Below are positions 56,101 to 64,000 of a stretch of DNA of 64,000 nt, piece after piece. The notes below the pieces were generated by a model. The model made no database searches and was not told the origin of the DNA. It saw only the letters and a list, made by a program, of their open reading frames with translations. The position numbers and the translations under genes are program-made. Each line of letters starts with the position of its first letter. The first letter of the stretch is position 1. The stretch comes from Alloascoidea hylecoeti. Its lineage: Eukaryota. The stretch lies in assembly GCA_001600815.1 (NCBI GenBank), contig BCKZ01000030.1, positions 31,918 to 95,917 on the forward strand. The letters are read 5' to 3'.

Positions 56101-58005
56101 ATGTCTGACTTAATAACAGATAAATTAAATAACTATAAGAAAGTTGTTTTGGAACATCGTTCTAACAGTCANGNCTTGCTCTTTGANAGTNAGGATCTTC
56201 TAGCTGGNTTTGGAGATTTTAATGATCCACAATTTTTAGATATCCTATATGAGCAGAATACTACCATTTCTCGTTGGTTTGACAAGGAAGGTGATCCTGA
56301 ACTATCNGCTTTATTTTTGCTGAATATTCCTACTACCGGTCTTTTTGCTGCTCAAGACCCAAGCACAAACACAGGCATAACCACAAGCACAAACACAGGC
56401 ATAACCACAAGCACAGGCACAGGTACAGGTACACATTCAAAAAAGAGTAGGAGGCCANCAGCGACGAGAAATACAGCATCCTCTATAATACATGCTATCA
56501 AAATTAATCAAAATCTGAACAACTGTGGTCTTAACTTTAAAGAAGAGTTGGAATGGTTACAAAAAAAGTGTTCTAAAGCAGATACGGATAAGCTAAATTC
56601 TTTTATCCAAACAATCTTAGGTACACCAATAAGGCACGTTAGTCACATCATCGAAGCTTATGTTAAAGAACTCCTGCACGACAAAATATTTACTCCAGCC
56701 GAAAATATAATTAGTTTGTTATATGACGAAGACTTTGACTTACAAATTTTACCCGAAAACCGATTAACATCTAAAGAAAGTAGTATTTCAAATATGAATC
56801 CAGCTCCAGATTATATCGTGCAAATCGATTCCAATATCCTTATAACTATAGAACTAAAAAAACCAAATATTATCGTGGACATAGAAAATCCCTTTGATGA
56901 CAATTTCAACAATATTTTAACTCAATCTGTTCACCAGTGTCTTCTTTTTAAAACTCCTTTTGGATGCATTTCTGATTCTAATCACACCATTTTATATCAA
57001 ATAGATATTGATATATATAAAGATAGTAACGCTGAAGATTTTCCAACAAGATTTGATAATAAAAACAAAAGTTTTAAAACATTACCAATCAAATATGTGA
57101 TTTTGAATAATCAGCGTTTGCTTTTGCATTTTATTTTGTTTGTCAGAAAATCTATCAAATTCTTTGAAACACATTCAAAAACAAAGGTGGATAATGCCTT
57201 TAAAAATCTTTTAAATTGTTTACGGAAAACTCCAAGCGAGACTAATTTAGATGCAGAAATACCGAGATCTGAATTAAAACAATTACTACAAGATAAACTC
57301 ACCCAAAAGGAAGTTAAGTTTACTTATATGGATTTATGTTTAAACAAAGATATTTTAACAGAATCGGAGTTCAAAGGCATGTGTATTCAATATTCGCGGC
57401 ACCGAAAATATCACACTCAAGTAATGAAATTGTCGAAGGAATTATTTGAAAAAATAAACAGAAATCCAAATGTACAAACACCAATGGAAAACGAAAAAGA
57501 ATATATTTTAAAAATCTACGATCCTTTTTGTGCTTTCAAGGGCAGTCGACGTTCTGATCATATGCCCAAAAAGTGTTTTAAACATTTTTCAACTGAATAT
57601 CAAACATATTGTCTAATAAAAGATCATAAGAAGTCTATAAATTTTGTTCCAAACTTAATATGTTTTGGATTTATTGAATTCAAATCTGATTCTGGTGCAC
57701 ATGAAAATGATTGCGGTATTTTCATTTTGATGGACTATATCAAAGGCAAAACACCGGACTTCACAGATCCTAGTATCTTCCAAAAAGCAGAAACAAANCT
57801 CGAGATTCTTCATTCCTGTAACATTATACACGGTGACATAAGAAAACAAAATTTTATAGAAAGTTCTGATGGAACTATTTACTTTATAGATTTCGGTTTC
57901 TCCAGCAGTAGAGCACAACTTANAANNATTTCAAGTGAAGGAATAGAGGAACAACTGGAAACTGGAAAGAGACATGATATTGCAGAGTTGTATGGTCTGA
58001 GATGA
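56101..58005 (+). CDS. PD-(D/E)xK nuclease-like + minimal protein kinase fusion, copy 2 (complete)
   Basis: ATG at 56101, matching copy 1. Nuclease-like PDYIVQ..ITIELKKP..QSVHQC..FGCISD. Kinase ILKIYD, FSTEYQTY, VPNLICFG, ILMDYIKG, IHGDIRKQNF, YFIDFGFS. Confidence 0.8.
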   Translation: MSDLITDKLNNYKKVVLEHRSNSXXLLFXSXDLLAXFGDFNDPQFLDILYEQNTTISRWFDKEGDPELXALFLLNIPTTGLFAAQDPSTNTGITTSTNTGITTSTGTGTGTHSKKSRRPXATRNTASSIIHAIKINQNLNNCGLNFKEELEWLQKKCSKADTDKLNSFIQTILGTPIRHVSHIIEAYVKELLHDKIFTPAENIISLLYDEDFDLQILPENRLTSKESSISNMNPAPDYIVQIDSNILITIELKKPNIIVDIENPFDDNFNNILTQSVHQCLLFKTPFGCISDSNHTILYQIDIDIYKDSNAEDFPTRFDNKNKSFKTLPIKYVILNNQRLLLHFILFVRKSIKFFETHSKTKVDNAFKNLLNCLRKTPSETNLDAEIPRSELKQLLQDKLTQKEVKFTYMDLCLNKDILTESEFKGMCIQYSRHRKYHTQVMKLSKELFEKINRNPNVQTPMENEKEYILKIYDPFCAFKGSRRSDHMPKKCFKHFSTEYQTYCLIKDHKKSINFVPNLICFGFIEFKSDSGAHENDCGIFILMDYIKGKTPDFTDPSIFQKAETXLEILHSCNIIHGDIRKQNFIESSDGTIYFIDFGFSSSRAQLXXISSEGIEEQLETGKRHDIAELYGLR

Positions 58006-58215
58006 GGTCAAAATAATTTATTATTTGTAATTGAATATCATATTTCATCATTTTTATTTTGGATTATAATATAAATAACAAATTAGTGATATGTGCAATA
58101 TAGTTTCATAGTTNGTNTTTTTAAAGGATATAATTTTAATAGCTAATTAATTATGTNACTATTTAATGCGTAGCTATTTATNTTAAAGCAAGTTTTGGCG
58201 AACTTCACCTATAAT

Positions 58216-58735
58216 TCACCTCCCTTTTTTTGAAGAAACTAATCTTATTTCAGAAGATTTAGTTTCATAATCTTTTACCATCTCTGGAGCTGATTTTCTT
58301 AACTCATTTAGTCGTATCCATCTAATTGAATTATCCATGAATTTCAATTTCATGAGGAAACCTTTTGCAACTTTTCTGTGATCTATAATTTCTTGTAGTT
58401 CCATTTTAGTTGAACCGTCTTTATATTTTGCTGCCATCTGATATCTAACGAAATATTCCATAATCTCGTCCGCTTCTCTCGCCTTCCCTTCAGAACCTTT
58501 GATGACGGGATTTATGTCTACTTCAATAGATAATTGTCCTCTTAAACTTAATTTTGGTGTTGCATTGAGGACGTGTTCAGCAAATGGGACTAATTTTATC
58601 CAATCTTTATTATTATCAATGTAGAGGCGAAGATACTTCTGAGTTGAAAGAATGGTACGTTCAACTCTACCATTGCTTTGATGAGCGGTACATCGTGAGC
58701 CTCTGTCACTGGTGATGGAGCGAGGTAAGGCGATG
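58216..58735 (-). mobile_element. Degenerate Ty3/gypsy (chromovirus-like) integrase C-terminus + chromodomain + polypurine tract
   Basis: PRSITSDRGS..AHQSNGRVER..YLRLY..W..LVPFAE..LN (internally deleted integrase core) and LQEIIDHRK..KF..W chromodomain-like segment. PPT-like AAAAAAAGGGAGG at 58231-58219 is followed by TG. Confidence 0.7.
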
Positions 58736-59238
58736 ATCGGATTCCTCTTTAAAAAATTTCCTATCCAATTCTTACTCACATAATGGTGAGTGGTAGTGTT
58801 CTTGGTTGGTTTTAGTGTTGATGGTTTGGGATACTTATCCTTTCCAGAATGTCTTAGGTCCACCAACTCATCCTCCAAAGAATAAAGCTTTTCGTTGTCA
58901 GCAGTCATATCCATTTTTGCATATTGAAGTAGCACATTCGTTAGCCGATTTTCATCTTCCTTTGACAAAGTTTGGTAGGCTTATTTTGATGCTGAATTGG
59001 ATTGTCCACCATTGATTATATATATAAGCGTTGAACGAGGCAACCTGGCGTCCTTTTCAATCGTCCTGATTGATGTATTGGTCTCCAGATGACTTCTGGT
59101 CATATCTTTTAGTATTCTAGGTTCCCTTATCTCTTGAAGCAAGAGCTCTAGGTTTTCTTTTTGATTTTTCCATTGTTGGTGGTTGTGGAGAGGATACAAA
59201 GGCTGGACGGGTTTCACGTTTTGGATATGCATGCTCAA
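58736..59238 (-). mobile_element. Degenerate pogo/Fot1-type transposase N-terminus (psq-HTH + CENP-B HTH)
   Basis: SIRTIEKDARLPRSTL..G..K*AYQTLSKEDENRL..VSKNWIGNFLKRNP. An in-frame TAA at 58983-58981 links the two track ORFs. Confidence 0.65.
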
Positions 59239-60778
59239 TGGGACTACTCTTGTAGACAGAAGAACCTATTAAGTGGCCTAAAGAAAAGTCAAGGCTTATA
59301 TATTATCTGCTTTCTTAGCCTTTTAGCTTTCCTTTGCAATTTTCTCAATTTTAAATGTTACTTCTCTCCATATATAAGACATTATAATTATCTACTACAC
59401 TCCAAATTCCCATAGAAACTCAGTACTCCCTTCAGATGTTTAAAATTGAATCTCTATTATGCGTATGAAATTCTTACTAAGAAATATGAGGTGTAGTTTT
59501 TTTTTTTTTGACTAAACAGCACATACATTTAATAAAATTTACAAAAGTAACAACATTAATTGAAAAGTATAGTCTAAATTAAATGTTAAGTCTAGGTCAA
59601 TAGATTTATCGATATCATCATCATCATTTGAAGATAAATATGAAATTAATTCTTTTAAAAATGGAAACATTTTTAAATTAATAGTTATTGAATCTTTAAA
59701 ACCATTATGGTAGAAGTGTGAAACTACCTTTTGAAATACATTAGTTTGAATTTGTTCCTCGGACGTAACTTTTTCTAATAATGATTCAAGTTACTTGAAC
59801 TTGTGATCACTCTCATTATTGACATTTTCCAGGAATAACTCTTCGAGAAAGTATAGCATTACCATCGTCTATAGCTATAGTGTTATTTTAATTAATATTG
59901 CTATAAAATTTATGGTTACCCCTAAATTAAATAGTTTTTATCCATTTTAATTTATTTAGAAATTAATAAAGGTTTATGACTTTTTAACATCTTTTTTTTA
60001 TTATATTATCAGTTTTTGACTTCAGTTGACAATCTGAGAGTTATAATATTCACATTTATCAATCTTCAATTACTACTCACCAAATTTTAAAATGGAAGAT
60101 AAATTTCCACATTCTTATTTAACTTAGGAAATATTGAGAAACTCATGAACTTCCCACTCGAAAGATAGAGATCACTTGAACGATCTTGAAAGAAAATCTA
60201 CTCCAATACTACTTAGTAATAAATTAATTACCATATTGATTCTTGGCATTTTGTGCGTGACTTTGACTTTATTATGTCTCTGATAAAGAGACATTGAGTT
60301 ATGTTAGACTAATCTTTTGATAGTTAATTGGTTCGTTACTTTGGTAATTTACTATAATTTTGTCTAATAAATTTGATTTAATTTATCTATACGCATCTCA
60401 TCTAAGTACATCCTGGTCTGTTCTGTAGATTACACAACCGATTGTAAATGGTATTCAAAGTATCGACATGTAGAATGAACTCGGGAGTAATATAATTTTT
60501 CCTCAAAGAATCTACTTCAAGCTTAAAGATGATTATTGTAGTTTCCTCTTTTGTACTTATACATATGCATATGCATATACCATTGCTATCTTTGAACTCT
60601 AATACTCATGGCTTCCAGTTAAAGAATCGATAATCATAATGATTTCAATTTACTGTCGGTACCGTAGGGTAAGCAGAAAAGCTATTTATGGAAGATACAT
60701 AAATAAATTACCCCATATTTCTCTGTCTATCTTTCCTTCTTTACTTGCCACTCAACCTGATAATTTGAATATTTACAA

Positions 60779-61936
60779 ATGTCATCAACAAATACCAGCA
60801 AATACTCAATAACTTTTGAAACTACACCTGATAATGCAATAAGCGCCTCAAATTTAACTCCTTCTGAAAGAAAGTCCTTAGATATATCAGCAGAACGAAT
60901 GATTTTAGAACGGTATAAGGAAGCAGTCGGCATGGTAAAGGAAAGTAACTCACAAAGTTTAAGTAATTACTTAACATATGGTATTCCTATTAAAAGGGTA
61001 GAACATGATTCATTTGAAAATTATAGAAAAAATGCAATTAAGTTAATAGAAAAAGAACAAGGACCTTTTATTAGTGGAGATTATGAATTAAATCCTGATT
61101 TTACATTTAAAAATCCTAATGCTAAGATATCAAAGAGAAGAAAAAAGAAAAAGAAAAAATCAAAGAAAAATGATGATGATGATAAAAATAGCGATATAAA
61201 GAAGATTAGTATTGGTACTACTAAGACTACTTCTCAACCAATAGATGATTTTAATAATACCTCATCACGTATCAGAAAATATTCTTCAAAAACAATAAAT
61301 ATTAATGATCCGCTACCTCAAAGCTCTATAAGAGAAACATATGGATATGATGATGCTTGGATTAATAAAACCTTTAAGAAAAAGAGCTATATTAATGATA
61401 CTAAGAGAAATTTTACTTATCCATTATTTGAAGATCTTTTTGAAGACACACCAGATATGAAAGATATTTATTCAAAATTAAGATACGATGATACTCTGTA
61501 TGGTTCGAATTCTTTAAAAGAATTAGATAATTATGATAAAGCTTGGAACGATCAATATAAAAGTGATAAATTATTTAAAGATGAAATAAATACAACTAGC
61601 GCTTATAATTTAAATCCATTAAATGGATCATTTGTTACTAAAAATATTAATCGAAGTATTTATGCAAATGAATATAATGAAATATCAGGATTAATGTATC
61701 TTAATCGTTGGCATACTCCATTTCCGGAGTTTTATCAGGAGCGGAAAAGAGAAATTTGTAAATGGGATGATATGTTTGATTCTGTTAATACTTCAGAAAT
61801 AAGTTCCAATATAATTGATGATTTAAACATTAATGAATCTGAAAATGATAAGGATGAAGGATCTTCTTCAAAATTGAAAAAATCAAAATGTATAAGAAGG
61901 GATGGATTTTCACGATATATGAAGAATAAAAAATGA
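60779..61936 (+). CDS. Hypothetical hydrophilic protein (orphan, basic NLS-like stretch)
   Basis: 385-aa ATG ORF with KRRKKKKKKSKK and no recognisable domain. Confidence 0.55.
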   Translation: MSSTNTSKYSITFETTPDNAISASNLTPSERKSLDISAERMILERYKEAVGMVKESNSQSLSNYLTYGIPIKRVEHDSFENYRKNAIKLIEKEQGPFISGDYELNPDFTFKNPNAKISKRRKKKKKKSKKNDDDDKNSDIKKISIGTTKTTSQPIDDFNNTSSRIRKYSSKTININDPLPQSSIRETYGYDDAWINKTFKKKSYINDTKRNFTYPLFEDLFEDTPDMKDIYSKLRYDDTLYGSNSLKELDNYDKAWNDQYKSDKLFKDEINTTSAYNLNPLNGSFVTKNINRSIYANEYNEISGLMYLNRWHTPFPEFYQERKREICKWDDMFDSVNTSEISSNIIDDLNINESENDKDEGSSSKLKKSKCIRRDGFSRYMKNKK

Positions 61937-64000
61937 AAATCAGATGAAAATATACATTTACAATATGAATTATGAAGGGGAACATTTCAATTTTAAATGA
62001 GATTCTATTTTTTGATTCTGTTGGTATTTCAAATTTAAGTACTAATTTAAATAAAGATTTAACAATCAACGGATCTAGATATGATAAAGATAGGAAATAT
62101 GTTTACAGCTACAGAACTCAATACGTTCAAAAAAGAATAGATTTATACTATTTATGAAAATGAAAAATACTTAATCTTCTAATTAGCTATGGTGATTTAT
62201 TTTAAAACTAAGCAGTAGAATAGGAAGGTGTTTAATATTTTAAGAAGAAAATATTATCATTAATAATAGGTACCTCTTCACTTAAGCTTTATTAATATTA
62301 ATGTTGATTTAAAAGGTATGATGATCATAAGAAGCTTTAATTACTTATCCTGGGATTTAGACTTTGGAAGGTTGGAAGCAAATTTTTGTATATTAATATA
62401 TTGTATTTCAAAAATTTGTTTAATTGATTTAATAAGTTCATTTATTAATATTAACTGTAGATGTTTCTTGTAGCTCAAGCGTTACAACCGAAGGAGAAGT
62501 TAGGATCAAGCATAATAGAGGCATAAACAGAACCAAAGTTAACTTTTTTGAAAAATTGATACACTATAAAAATAATTTAGAATTAGGATTAAGGGAAATA
62601 AAGATAAATTTTTACAAAATAAATGATTCTTTCGCATATTGCGAGATAAATAAAACAACAACAATAGTTGCAAATATAGAATCGTCTTAATTATAGGTTA
62701 TAACAGATGTAACAAACAAGGTCATTTTTTGCGTCACAGTCAAAAGGAAGCTTAAGCTTATAAATAAGTAATTTGATAAAGGGTACTTTCTTACACTAAA
62801 TATTCAGCCACATGATGCACTTGATGTTCGGGCTGAAGTTCGGGCCATGACGATGAAATAAATTATCAGCCACCGCCCATGACTAAACAAAGCATTTCTA
62901 TTGGCTCAAACTGTAAAGTTAAATGACTTACGTAATCGTGATAGTTATTATTATGTAAGCAACACTTTAAATCTGAGAGATGACTGGAATTATTTTACCG
63001 CCGTTGAGCTAACGTGTAATTAGATGTACACGTGCTGATACAGAGGAAAACGAATGTACCGCGGGAAATTATTTCCACTTTAAAATATATCCACTTCTTC
63101 TCTATTCAACTTTTCTTTCGTTAACTTAGATGAACAAGTGTAATAATCTAACCTTGACAAATGCAAAAGCTTACGAGAATTGAATTAACTTTTGATTTTG
63201 CTGATTGGTCTCATTGCCAGAGTCAAAATTCATAGATAAAGTTTTTCAAATTTAATGCTTGGAAGTTCTGAGATGATAAAAGAGAATTTAAATTTAATTT
63301 TTCTTGTGTGCATATTAATTATTTGGTATTGGAATATGAGTTTGGAATTGTATGTTGATGTTAATGTTGAGGTTCATTGGAAATGTGTATGTATTATAAT
63401 ATGAGATTCTAATGATGTCTTCTTTAATTTTCCTCATTAGGATTATGCGATCGATCATAAGGCACCAAGTTACAAATACATCAATGACACCATTTCATTT
63501 TCATAAGATCATCATTCCCTTTATTTTTCCTATATCCGATCTTTTTATTCATCCTTATATAAAATTTCCACCTTGTTGAGGATTAATCCTTAGTTTTATA
63601 TACGGCCTTGTGTATATGGCCGCGCACGGTGTTTTCCGGCGACGTCTACATTAGACATAAGCTAGGGTGTTTTTAGATGGGCATAATTGTGCGCGTGGGG
63701 CACATATTTGGAATATGCGCGTTTTCGTTGTAGCGTGCGCGTAGCGGGTATATGTAGCTTCATTGTTTAAGTTGCAACTTGGAATTGAAATTTATATATT
63801 TAAATAGAATAAAAACTTAACAATATGACACGTTTCGATTAAATTGATAATTATCAGAATTTATGACGAAATCTCTCAATAAAATAAATAAATAAATATA
63901 TTAAAATAAACTTATATACATCTATCTAAGTTTAGTTATTTGGAAAAACAATCAATTTAAAATGTTTGTTTGTTAGTAGTTTAGCTTGTAATGTTATGCC

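Noticed and set aside
980..56101. One giant 55-kb transposon bounded by the inverted nuclease-kinase copies
   Set aside because: The interior is mostly ordinary housekeeping genes, and no transposase/recombinase captain or TSD is visible. Independent insertions are simpler.
59580..60250. Possible highly decayed minus-strand gene
   Set aside because: Stops in all frames and no motif I can support.
1396..62157. Numerous short track ORFs overlapping real genes or in intergenic DNA
   Set aside because: Antisense or off-frame shadows, microsatellite translations (poly-C, poly-F, poly-Y), or no recognisable coding signal.
62822..63159. Possible solo LTR of about 335 bp (TG..CA)
   Set aside because: No matching target-site duplication and no convincing second copy in the window.
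1..64000. Alternative CUG decoding (Ser/Ala clades)
   Set aside because: Only weak evidence, and it favours Leu: CTG/TTG interchange between the kinase paralogs (AAT CTG near 56515 vs AAT TTG) and CTG in FMP27 WKMLEPIGGI. A proteome-wide alignment would be needed to decide.

Overview
AT-rich, intron-containing budding-yeast (Saccharomycotina-type) chromosomal DNA; the species cannot be named from sequence alone. Two blocks of conserved genes are present: SWD1, a p24/ERP1-like gene, an MFS transporter, FZO1, SEO1-like, a 2OG-Fe(II) dioxygenase, a Zn2Cys6 factor, Vip1-like, SLK19-like, TOA1, RRT2/DPH7, MLC1, ERT1-like and ARC1, then TIF3 and FMP27/HOB. They are interspersed with fast-evolving accessory regions. 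At 28-40 kb lie an F-box/LRR-like family with pseudogenes, an aspartic protease and a tandem-repeat adhesin. At 53-64 kb lie a repeat protein, a nuclease-kinase gene, a pogo/Ty3 chimeric relic and an orphan ORF. The most striking feature is a two-copy gene family (1..980 minus, truncated by the window edge; 56101..58005 plus) encoding a PD-(D/E)xK nuclease-like domain fused to a minimal protein-kinase domain. That architecture recalls Crinkler-type REase+kinase effectors and Podospora Spok meiotic drivers. The copies share only about 35 bp of 5' flank, differ by clustered amino-acid changes just before the nuclease core, and one copy abuts transposon debris. All family assignments come from motif recognition by eye; no searches were run.
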